Positions 34,863-43,142 of a stretch of 43,300 bases of DNA are shown in pieces. Numbering within the stretch: position 1 is the stretch's first letter; each line of letters opens with the position of its first letter. Below the pieces are notes generated by a model. That model ran no database searches. It was not told where the DNA came from and saw only the letters and a list, made by a program, of their open reading frames with translations. The DNA comes from Candidatus Komeilibacteria bacterium. GTDB taxonomy: Bacteria; Patescibacteriota; Patescibacteriia; UBA1558; GWA2-36-10. The position numbers were made by a program, and so were the translations under genes. The stretch is from contig JABHYW010000007.1 in NCBI GenBank assembly GCA_018656655.1, positions 1-43,300 of the forward strand, written 5' to 3'.

Positions 34863-36744
34863 TATCTGTTTTAGGATTTATTTGTTTATTAACTATTACT
34901 TCTTTATATTTGCCAAAAGTATTATTACCTTTCCATTCAAACACTTGATAAGCCTGAACATCCTTACTTAAATAATAATAAAAAGTATACAAGTAATTAT
35001 CTTCCCAGTATTTCTCTGGCAAAATTCCATAATCTAGAGCTACATCAAAATATTCCTCATCCTTATAAAAACGGACTAAATACATAATACTTTCTTCTTG
35101 TTTTTTTTGAAAAGTTAAACTTAATATATTTTGTTTTACTTCTTTTTCAAAATTATAATCTACAAAAAAATCTTCATTATCAAAATTAATTTCTTTGTTT
35201 TCTACATTATACAAAATAATACTATTAATATCCTTACCAAGTTTTTTATTTTGCCACAACAAAATACCGTTTTTTATTTTTATTAAATTATAATCATCTA
35301 ATAAAATCCTAAAATGCTCCGCTACAGGTAGCTTACTTGGCTCAAGCTTCCTTTTTTTTATAAATTCCACTGATCCATCTACTTGTACCAAAATATCAAA
35401 AAAATCTTCGTTATCCCATAATATATAATCTACTTCTGGCATTTCAAAAGGATGGGTATAAAATTGAGTTCTAGCCAAATAACTATAAAGCATAGGATAC
35501 AAAGATTGGCGATTGCTAAGCACACTAGCAAACCCAGCGTCTGACATCACGCTGGCCTCATTTGGAATCTGGGATAAAAATTCTTTTTTTAGCGCTATGA
35601 CTTCAGAACTCTGAAAAGTATTAAAAATATACTTTATTGGTGACAAAGTAATAGAAAAATATATAATTGTAAATATGAAAATAAATTTTATAATATTACC
35701 ATTGGCATAAATATGTTTTGAAAACAAAAATTTCTTTTTATTTTTTAAAATATCTAAAGAAAAAATATTAGAGATAAATAATGTTGGTAAAAAATACAAG
35801 CCATAATGCATACGAACTACTGTCATATTAAAATAGCCAACTGTCAAAGCAAATTGCATAAATGGCACGAAAGCTAACCAAAAATATCTTGGCGAAATTA
35901 ATGGTAAAAATAAAAAAGTTAATAACAAAATAAAAATCGTAGAAATATTTTGAAAACTAAATACATGAAGTAATACCTTTATTGGATGCATGATTGAACC
36001 CATAAATATTTCTGACAAACTATTACCTCCTAACCAACTATAATAAATAATAAATTTATAGTTCTCTCCTTGATAAACACTAGAAATAAATTTTAAAGCA
36101 CCAAAAAAATAAATTAAACCAAAAAGTGGTAATAATCTCCACTTCCAAGATCTTTTGTCCAAAAAAGATAAAATAGAAAAACCAACTACAATTAATGCTA
36201 TATCTTCTCTGACTAATAAGCTAAGTATAAAAAACAAAACAAACAATTTAAAATTATTTGTTTGATAAAAATAAAAAAGCCAAAAAAATAAAAATATAGC
36301 GATAGGTAAAAGATGAAATTCAAAAATATTAACATTATGAATAAAAGGATTGACCAACCACAATATAGCCACAACTAAAGATATTAGACTATCTTTACTA
36401 ATATACTCACTAATTTTATAAAGTGGCCAAGCTGATAAAGCCAAAATAACGGTTTGTAAAATCAATAAAGTCTCTGGTCTAGGTATTAATTTGTATATTG
36501 GTAATAACAAAAATATAATAGGTGTAAAATGATCAGCCAAATAACTATTGAGATTGATAGTCATATCAAACCACCTTCCTTCTGCTGTATTAAAAAAAAC
36601 TTGATTAAAAATTGCTAAATCAAACGCATTATAGCCAAAAGCATAATATTTTTTTAGACTTAAAAAACTAAAAAGCAAAATATAAATAATAATAGATACC
36701 CAAAGTATTTTATTGCTATGTTTTTTAATAATTTTTAGCATCAA
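34840..36744 (-). CDS. DUF2079-type polytopic membrane protein
   Basis: N-terminal YYAFGYNAFDLAIFNQVFFNTAEGRWF matches the DUF2079 signature as I recall it. 634 aa with a soluble C-terminal domain. Confidence 0.65.
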   Translation of the reverse strand: MMLKIIKKHSNKILWVSIIIYILLFSFLSLKKYYAFGYNAFDLAIFNQVFFNTAEGRWFDMTINLNSYLADHFTPIIFLLLPIYKLIPRPETLLILQTVILALSAWPLYKISEYISKDSLISLVVAILWLVNPFIHNVNIFEFHLLPIAIFLFFWLFYFYQTNNFKLFVLFFILSLLVREDIALIVVGFSILSFLDKRSWKWRLLPLFGLIYFFGALKFISSVYQGENYKFIIYYSWLGGNSLSEIFMGSIMHPIKVLLHVFSFQNISTIFILLLTFLFLPLISPRYFWLAFVPFMQFALTVGYFNMTVVRMHYGLYFLPTLFISNIFSLDILKNKKKFLFSKHIYANGNIIKFIFIFTIIYFSITLSPIKYIFNTFQSSEVIALKKEFLSQIPNEASVMSDAGFASVLSNRQSLYPMLYSYLARTQFYTHPFEMPEVDYILWDNEDFFDILVQVDGSVEFIKKRKLEPSKLPVAEHFRILLDDYNLIKIKNGILLWQNKKLGKDINSIILYNVENKEINFDNEDFFVDYNFEKEVKQNILSLTFQKKQEESIMYLVRFYKDEEYFDVALDYGILPEKYWEDNYLYTFYYYLSKDVQAYQVFEWKGNNTFGKYKEVIVNKQINPKTDIISIDKL

Positions 36745-36783
36745 TTTAATTATAACACAAAATATTATATTATTTTATAAATA

Positions 36784-36810
36784 AAAATACCTTTCTAGTG
36801 AAGGTATTTT
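36784..36810. terminator. bidirectional terminator ending the pilin operon
   Basis: aaaatacctt / aaggtatttt 10-bp stem with flanking A- and T-runs. Confidence 0.7.
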
Positions 36811-36889
36811 TATTTAAATTTTTATATTTTAAATGATTTCTAATATTCTTTGTTTCTCTAAAACTCTTAGGATATTTATTACAAAATAA

Positions 36890-37348
36890 TCAGCGGTTCT
36901 GACAATTAAATGACCCGTCGGGTGCTTCTACTATCCTTTCATACGCCTCGCACTCTAATCGCTCGCCTGGAGTTAGTCTTAGGCCAGTGCTTACCATTAG
37001 AGCATTTGTTATATATAAGGTCAAAGAATAGGAAATTAAAATAAGAAGCAAGCCTAAAAATGCATTTTTTAAGGTAGTTTTAGCAGCCAAGACTTTTTCA
37101 GCATTACCCCCAGAAGTCATCCACATAAATCCAGCTGTTAAAATAAAATACGTGGAAACTATTCCAAGAATAGTCAAAAAACCATTAATCAATCTAGCAG
37201 CCACTTGATAAACATTTGTTTTACTACCAAAACCAGCTGTGGTAGCAGCCTCTTGGAGTCCAGCCTGACCAATAATGGTCTCTGCTAAAACTGCCAGAGG
37301 AATAAAAAGTAATAATAATAAAACTAATTTGTATTTTTGAAATTTCAT
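36890..37348 (-). CDS. TrbC/VirB2-like (T4SS-type) pilin paralogue 1
   Basis: Start moved to the ATG at 37348 (MKFQKYKLVLLLLLFIPLAVLA signal peptide). Two TM helices around WMTSGGNAEKVLAAK. Short C-terminal tail with 2 Cys. Confidence 0.6.
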   Translation of the reverse strand: MKFQKYKLVLLLLLFIPLAVLAETIIGQAGLQEAATTAGFGSKTNVYQVAARLINGFLTILGIVSTYFILTAGFMWMTSGGNAEKVLAAKTTLKNAFLGLLLILISYSLTLYITNALMVSTGLRLTPGERLECEAYERIVEAPDGSFNCQNR

Positions 37349-37375
37349 TTTGTTTTTACTATATAGTGTAAGCTC

Positions 37376-37403
37376 TAGTAGGTTATTATATAATAACCTA
37401 CTA
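37376..37403. repeat. perfect 28-nt palindrome between pilin genes 2 and 1
   Basis: tagtaggttattatataataacctacta equals its own reverse complement (checked by hand). Confidence 0.9.
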
Positions 37404-37433
37404 TAGTCTAGACTACATATATAAATTGAACCA

Positions 37434-37799
37434 TTATTCAACAGTTTGAGTATATAATTCGCTTAATATGAATCTGGATACAGCGTAAGCTGTTAATACA
37501 ATTACCAAGCCAACAATACCAGCACCGATAAGTTTTTTAGCTTCGTCAACTTTTTCAGTATTACCTTGAGAAGTCATCCATTTAAAACCACCTAACAAAA
37601 TAATTAAAGTAGTTAAAATTCCTAGAAAACCTAGAATAATATTAATTACTCCACCAATTGTTTCTCTTAAAGGCCTTGAGCCTAAAGCAATGTTAGTATT
37701 CTGGAAATCATTAAATCCCCAATCATCAACGCTTCCAGGTTGAGCTTTAGCAGATAAAGTAGGAGCTAAAACCATTAAAGAAATAAGTATTTTTTTCAT
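37434..37799 (-). CDS. TrbC/VirB2-like pilin paralogue 2
   Basis: ATG at 37799 with SD agggggtga 7 nt upstream. Signal peptide MKKILISLMVLAPTLSAKA; motif WMTSQGNTEKVDEAK. Confidence 0.65.
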   Translation of the reverse strand: MKKILISLMVLAPTLSAKAQPGSVDDWGFNDFQNTNIALGSRPLRETIGGVINIILGFLGILTTLIILLGGFKWMTSQGNTEKVDEAKKLIGAGIVGLVIVLTAYAVSRFILSELYTQTVE

Positions 37800-37883
37800 T
37801 TTTTCACCCCCTTTCAAATATAGTAAATTTAATTAAATTATAGAACAAAAAGAATAATTTTACAATTTTTTTATTAAAAGCTA

Positions 37884-38225
37884 TTAAGCGTTTCCACCAA
37901 TAATAGTAAATAAGAAATTAATAATTATATAACTCATAAATATAATTACTAAGCCTAATATCGTCCACAAAACAGTATCTTTTCCTTTTTTAAGTCTCTC
38001 AGCACTACCCCCTGAAGTCATCCAGAGCATACCACCCCAAACCATCATTAAAAGAGCTATAGCTCCCGTAATACCCAATAGACCCTTAATCATTTGACCT
38101 GCTAAATCTGGGATATTATCTGCTTGCAATGGATTTGGTAAAGGTACTCGCCTAGAAGTACCCTGCCCACTAACCATATTCGGAAAAAGTAAAAGGGTAA
38201 ATAATATAATTTTTTTAATTAACAT
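37884..38225 (-). CDS. TrbC/VirB2-like pilin paralogue 3
   Basis: Signal peptide, then WMTSGGSAERLKKGK between two TM helices. Confidence 0.65.
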   Translation of the reverse strand: MLIKKIILFTLLLFPNMVSGQGTSRRVPLPNPLQADNIPDLAGQMIKGLLGITGAIALLMMVWGGMLWMTSGGSAERLKKGKDTVLWTILGLVIIFMSYIIINFLFTIIGGNA

Positions 38226-38264
38226 AATATTTGAAAATAATTTATTAATAAATATAGATAATTA

Positions 38265-38954
38265 TTATGGGTGATAAATGCAAGTATGGCTACTTTCTGC
38301 ACACTGCACACCTGGAGTTATACTCCAGCCTACTAGTACGTACGGCACACAACGACCGAAACGCGTATAGTCACTAAGTATCATACCCTGATATTTACAA
38401 ATATCCATGCAAGTATTACTATATGATTCCCAAAATGAATTGGAAATGACGCCAGTACACTCTTCATAATCACCACACTCCTCTTCACAAGACTCCGAAT
38501 CAGTCTCGGAATCAGGCTCAGAATTATTATTTAGATTTTGAGGTGTAAAATCACCCGCTTGAATTCTAAAATCAATAGAATTATTACTGCCGTCTTTAAC
38601 ATTTAAAACATCATTTACAAAAAATCCAACTAATAAATAACTACTAAAAGCTATCGTAATAGCCCAAAATGTATTTAGCATAATTTGCTTACCCCTATTT
38701 ACTCTTTCAGCACTGCCGCCAGATGTAAGCCACTGTAGACCACCCCATACAAAATATAATAAAGCCACTGCCCCCATCATACCTAGTAAATATTTTATTA
38801 ATAAAGACAAACCAAATGCTATATGTCCTAAATGACAATCACCATTCTTAATACAACTTAAGTTAGCATCATCCAAAAATCCTGCCTGAGCTATTTGAGG
38901 AACTAGGATAAATAAACCAGCTACAAATAAAATTTTAGTTATTAGGCGGTACAT
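38265..38954 (-). CDS. TrbC/VirB2-like pilin paralogue 4 with an acidic linker and Cys-rich C-terminal module
   Basis: WLTSGGSAERVNRGK core. ATG at 38954 preferred (the TTG at 38978 is also possible). About 110 extra C-terminal residues with 9 Cys. Confidence 0.6.
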   Translation of the reverse strand: MYRLITKILFVAGLFILVPQIAQAGFLDDANLSCIKNGDCHLGHIAFGLSLLIKYLLGMMGAVALLYFVWGGLQWLTSGGSAERVNRGKQIMLNTFWAITIAFSSYLLVGFFVNDVLNVKDGSNNSIDFRIQAGDFTPQNLNNNSEPDSETDSESCEEECGDYEECTGVISNSFWESYSNTCMDICKYQGMILSDYTRFGRCVPYVLVGWSITPGVQCAESSHTCIYHP

Positions 38955-40317
38955 ATGTTTGATTAATTTTATTAACAAATAAACTAACTGGTGTAGCTTC
39001 TTGATCCATTACTAATTCACCAGATACAAGACCATCAATTATTTCAGCTGTAAATTTTTCAGCTAAAGAAATATTATAACCATTATACCAATTATCAGCC
39101 GTTAAAACCTGAGAAGCAAAAGTGGCTAATTCATAATCATTAAGTTGCCTATCAATTAAAGCTCTAAGAGCTGTTGGTCTTTTATTAGCCTCTAAATATA
39201 TACTTACTTTATCAGCAGCACTTGTAGTTTGAATAAAATTCCAAGCTGCATCAATATTATTTGATTTTTTAGACACTACATTCACCCAATAATCTGCATA
39301 ATATTTAGTGCCACTAGCTCCTCTAGTTTGTGGAAAGTTTTTTATATCCCAATCAAACTGTAAATTTCTATTTCTAAGTTGATCAGCATGATAACTATAG
39401 CCAAACATATAGGCTAGCCTGCCGCTAGCAAACATTTCCAGGGCATCGGTTGCATCAGCATTCCAACTATAACTAGCCCTACCTGGTCTTGCAAAATCAG
39501 TATAAAAATTAAAAGCTTGTACTAATCTGGTAGAAGATTCTGTATTAGCTAAAGGGTTAAAATTTTTACCTGAAGCCTCTACCCCATTTTGTAACATAAT
39601 ACTAGAAAATACGTCAAAAAACCTTGGTATATTATCTGTACCTCCCAAGGCTACAGCTGATTGAATTATTCTATTACTATCAGTGGCCTTAGTAAGCCTT
39701 GGAGCTTGCTCAACTAGGTCAAAAAAATCATCCATTGGTTCTGGAATGCCAGCTTGAGTAAGCAAATCAATATTATAAAATGTTGCTAAAGTATCAAGAT
39801 AATATGGCAAGGCATAAACCTTATTATCTAAAATTACATCTTCATATACCACTGAAACATATTGATTTTTTACATCTTGTGGAGATAAGCCTTTAAAGTT
39901 TTTTAATACCACAGCTAACTCTTGTTTAATACTGCCCTGTAATTCATATACTGGAATCTTATGAGTATTTGGCATCGGCACTATCCTATGCTGATAGCTT
40001 TTAAGCCAAGTAGATGGTATAGCAAAGACATCTGGACCTCTGTCATCAGCCCAAGCTTCTAACAATTTTCGCTCATACTCAGCATATCTAAAATTTTTAT
40101 ATTTAAAGCTTATAGTAGGGTGACTCTGATTATAATCATCCATTAAGGCCTTTAATTGTTCTGGTGAATCCCAAACTCCCCAATAATTTAAAGTTACCCT
40201 GTCATAAGAAGCTGGATTTTTCTTAAAAGGATTCCACTTGCAGCCAAAACCTGAGCTAACAACAAATATCATTAGCATGAGTAGTGTAAATATTTTTATC
40301 CTTTTTTTAACAAGCAT
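38935..40317 (-). CDS. extracellular solute-binding protein (ABC family-1, sugar type), probable lipoprotein
   Basis: Signal peptide ending SSGFGC. Size and the NYWGVWD...LEAWADDRGPDVF pattern resemble MalE/UgpB-like binding proteins. Confidence 0.7.
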   Translation of the reverse strand: MLVKKRIKIFTLLMLMIFVVSSGFGCKWNPFKKNPASYDRVTLNYWGVWDSPEQLKALMDDYNQSHPTISFKYKNFRYAEYERKLLEAWADDRGPDVFAIPSTWLKSYQHRIVPMPNTHKIPVYELQGSIKQELAVVLKNFKGLSPQDVKNQYVSVVYEDVILDNKVYALPYYLDTLATFYNIDLLTQAGIPEPMDDFFDLVEQAPRLTKATDSNRIIQSAVALGGTDNIPRFFDVFSSIMLQNGVEASGKNFNPLANTESSTRLVQAFNFYTDFARPGRASYSWNADATDALEMFASGRLAYMFGYSYHADQLRNRNLQFDWDIKNFPQTRGASGTKYYADYWVNVVSKKSNNIDAAWNFIQTTSAADKVSIYLEANKRPTALRALIDRQLNDYELATFASQVLTADNWYNGYNISLAEKFTAEIIDGLVSGELVMDQEATPVSLFVNKINQTYVPPNN

Positions 40318-40327
40318 TCTGGAAAAA

Positions 40328-41191
40328 TTATTTTAATGTTTTAAGATATTTTTTCAAAAAAGTTCTAAGCTCTGGTCTATCTTTAGCGTATTCCAAATTT
40401 GTTTTCAATAAATTAAGTGGGTCACCAGTAGTAAGCCATTGCCCATCTTCAATTTCCTTAGCATAAAATTCTCCGCCAGCTTTTATATAATCACGAATAG
40501 CATCTACTATCCATAATTCCTTTCCTTTGCCTAATTTAGTTTTTTTAAGCACATCAATAATTTCTTGATTAAGTATCATGCGACCAAAATCTGCTAAACG
40601 AGATGGTGCTTTTTTAATAGATGGTTTTTCGATAATTCCATCTAACTGCATAGTCTTTCTGTTTTTAAGACTAACAATCCCATATCTATCAACTTGATTC
40701 TTGGCTACTTGTTGTACACCAATCATCAAATGTCCAGTTTTATTATAATCATCAATCATCTGTTTGGTAAAAGATACTTTAGATTTAACTAAATCATCTC
40801 CCCAAACATATAAAAAAGGTTCGTCATGTACTAAACTAGCTGCAGACAAAACTGGAGTACCATTTCCATAAGGCCCCTTTTGTCTAACGTATATAAAATT
40901 AGCCATTTCTGAAATTTTCTTAACTTCAGCCAGCTTTTCTTTCTTACCAGCCTTAGCTAGTTCATATTCAAGGGCCCAAGAATGATCAAAATGATCCTCT
41001 AAAACTTTTTTATCCCATTTTGTAACAAGAATAATGTCTTCAATGCCACCGGCAACTAATTCTTCAACTACCAATTGAATGGCTGGTTTGTCTACAATAG
41101 GTAACATCTCCTTAGGCATAGACTTAGTGGCTGGTAATAATCGTGTACCAGAGCCAGCTACTGCGACTATAGCTTTCTTAACTTTTTTCAT
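40328..41191 (-). CDS. galU: UTP--glucose-1-phosphate uridylyltransferase
   Basis: KAIVAVAGSGTRLLPATKSMPKEMLPIVDKPAIQ, then VGDD-like WGDDL. Confidence 0.9.
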   Translation of the reverse strand: MKKVKKAIVAVAGSGTRLLPATKSMPKEMLPIVDKPAIQLVVEELVAGGIEDIILVTKWDKKVLEDHFDHSWALEYELAKAGKKEKLAEVKKISEMANFIYVRQKGPYGNGTPVLSAASLVHDEPFLYVWGDDLVKSKVSFTKQMIDDYNKTGHLMIGVQQVAKNQVDRYGIVSLKNRKTMQLDGIIEKPSIKKAPSRLADFGRMILNQEIIDVLKKTKLGKGKELWIVDAIRDYIKAGGEFYAKEIEDGQWLTTGDPLNLLKTNLEYAKDRPELRTFLKKYLKTLK

Positions 41192-41230
41192 GTGTATATT
41201 ATACTAAAATTTTAGCTATATGTAAATGGC

Positions 41231-41851
41231 TTAATTTAAAATATTTTTACGATGTTCAAAAATATGAGAGCCTAAGTCAAAAATTATTTTTAAAATCACT
41301 AAAAAAACCACAGCTGAGACTTCTTGACTATAATTTGTATATATAATACCTGCTCCAGCTAACATAATTATAATATGCATTATAATTATCCTTCTGTAAG
41401 GCACAAACATTTGTTTCTTAAGACTAACATATTTGAATTCCTGTTTTTTTATAAAATTAAACACAAAAGACATACCATGGCTCAAAAATATAAAAGATAA
41501 AGAAATAATCAAAGCTTTGAAATATTCAAAAACAATAACAAATGCCGCTACCTGTCCAGAAGCTAATTCTAAATTTGGCTGAAAAAGTTGAAGGATAAAA
41601 AATAAATGAACAAACATAAAAATTACATAGTGCATTATAAAAAATGGCACTAGTGGAGTAAATTTATAATTATTTATCTTTTGCATTTTCAAGATATTAA
41701 AAAAGCCAATTACAGCTGACTCCATCCAATACAAAATAATAACAGTAAATATATCCCAAGAAAAAAATAAGACTCCCAACAAAGGAATTAAATTTACTAA
41801 AATTAAAACTAAACTAGAAGGATAAAAAAATATTTTATTAAATTTTGACAT
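41231..41851 (-). CDS. hypothetical polytopic membrane protein
   Basis: 206 aa, about 6 TM helices. No motif recognised. Confidence 0.5.
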   Translation of the reverse strand: MSKFNKIFFYPSSLVLILVNLIPLLGVLFFSWDIFTVIILYWMESAVIGFFNILKMQKINNYKFTPLVPFFIMHYVIFMFVHLFFILQLFQPNLELASGQVAAFVIVFEYFKALIISLSFIFLSHGMSFVFNFIKKQEFKYVSLKKQMFVPYRRIIIMHIIIMLAGAGIIYTNYSQEVSAVVFLVILKIIFDLGSHIFEHRKNILN

Positions 41852-42668
41852 CTTTTTTATATTTAGAAACTACTAATGTAAAAACTAACATTGTAAAAAA
41901 CAAAACACTTAGATCATTTTTAAAATAAGGTACATCAACTAAGCCATGAACAAACCAAGTTAGCCACATCATAGATAATGGCCAAGCCAAATTATTATTA
42001 GCTTTAAATATATCTTTTAATAATAAAATTACATAAATTATTAAACCTATAAAAACTAATAAACCTAATAGACCCATCTCTGTCCAAAAGTTTAAAAATA
42101 TATTATGCGGATATAAATAAATTTCTAACCACTCTGTGTGATGATAAGCCTCTAAGGCATTTTGATATCCATTTAAACCTGTACCTAATAAAAAATTATC
42201 AGCTAACAAAGCACTTGTTTCTTGCCATTGATTTAGGCGAATATCTAAAGAGCTGGACTGTAAATTTAACTCTGGATTAATATCTATTTTAGGTAAAACT
42301 AATAATATACTAATTAGTCCTAAAATAATGACAGGAATAGCTATTTTTCTGAGTTTTTTAGCTAATATTAGAGCTAAAAATAGTGAAAAAATAATAGCCA
42401 ATATAGCACCTTGAGAGACTGTCATGATAGCCAATACTAGACCAAAAACAAATAATATTAAATAATGCCAGTTGAATAATTTGTCTTTAGTGTAAATCCA
42501 AAGACCGGCAAATAAAGCGGTCAGTGGAGCAGTTAAAAGACTCAAAGCATTTGGATAAGCAAAAGGCCCAGTTAACCTCTTAACATTAGGAAAATTATAA
42601 GCATCAATATAATTCCAAGTCGTAAAATTTTGATACATAGCAACGGTAAATAACCAAGCCAATAACAA
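41838..42668 (-). CDS. O-antigen ligase/polymerase (Wzy_C)-like membrane protein, C-terminal 276-codon piece
   Basis: SQGAILAIIFSL and YPHNIFLNFWTEMGLLGLL resemble Wzy_C motifs. The ORF starts only at a TTG and is in frame with 42729..43142. Confidence 0.6.
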   Translation of the reverse strand: MLLAWLFTVAMYQNFTTWNYIDAYNFPNVKRLTGPFAYPNALSLLTAPLTALFAGLWIYTKDKLFNWHYLILFVFGLVLAIMTVSQGAILAIIFSLFLALILAKKLRKIAIPVIILGLISILLVLPKIDINPELNLQSSSLDIRLNQWQETSALLADNFLLGTGLNGYQNALEAYHHTEWLEIYLYPHNIFLNFWTEMGLLGLLVFIGLIIYVILLLKDIFKANNNLAWPLSMMWLTWFVHGLVDVPYFKNDLSVLFFTMLVFTLVVSKYKKDVKI

Positions 42669-42705
42669 GGCCAGAGAATTTATAATTACTGTCCAATCTT
42701 TTTTA

Positions 42706-42752
42706 TGGCCCAGACCACCCTCTCTGGCTTAGCCATTCACCTTGTTCTTAAC
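42706..42752 (-). repeat. GC-rich in-frame repeat, copy B (contains the TAA that splits the ligase-like frame)
   Basis: Identical 20-mer plus 11-mer shared with 16563-16609. Confidence 0.85.
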
Positions 42753-43142
42753 TGTATAAACAAAAACTAGAAAAAACATTAGAGGCTCTAAAAAATAAGC
42801 TCGCCATAATCCCAAGGAGGCATAAGTAAAATTTGTTAACAAAGCTAAGATGGCAGCCAGTGACCACAAGCCTAATAAGTATCTCAAAGCTTTAGGCACT
42901 TGATTATCAAAAGTTTTTTGTAGAGAAAAATTTATTGCTTTATATTTTTTTTCTTTAAGTAACCAAACTATAAATAAAGAAACTATCAGAAGCTCTAAAA
43001 AAGTAGTTGGTATACCTAGAATATTAAAACACCAAAGATAAGATGGTAATAAAACTATCACAGCTCCTACTCCCCAAAGTGGTTTCCTATAACTTAGCCA
43101 AATGAAACCGACTAATAAAATGGCGAAAAATAAATCCATCAT
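42729..43142 (-). CDS. N-terminal 137-codon piece of the O-antigen-ligase-like membrane protein
   Basis: Four TM helices. It ends at a TAA at 42729-42731 in the same frame as the downstream piece. ATGA overlap with the upstream gene. Confidence 0.5.
   Translation of the reverse strand: MMDLFFAILLVGFIWLSYRKPLWGVGAVIVLLPSYLWCFNILGIPTTFLELLIVSLFIVWLLKEKKYKAINFSLQKTFDNQVPKALRYLLGLWSLAAILALLTNFTYASLGLWRAYFLEPLMFFLVFVYTVKNKVNG

Noticed and set aside
37349-37441. Long N-terminal extensions of the pilin ORFs (37441 for paralogue 1, TTG 37817 for paralogue 2)
   Set aside because: The extension of paralogue 1 reads through the 28-nt palindrome and overlaps the previous gene. Internal ATGs give canonical signal peptides, and paralogue 2 also has a good SD.
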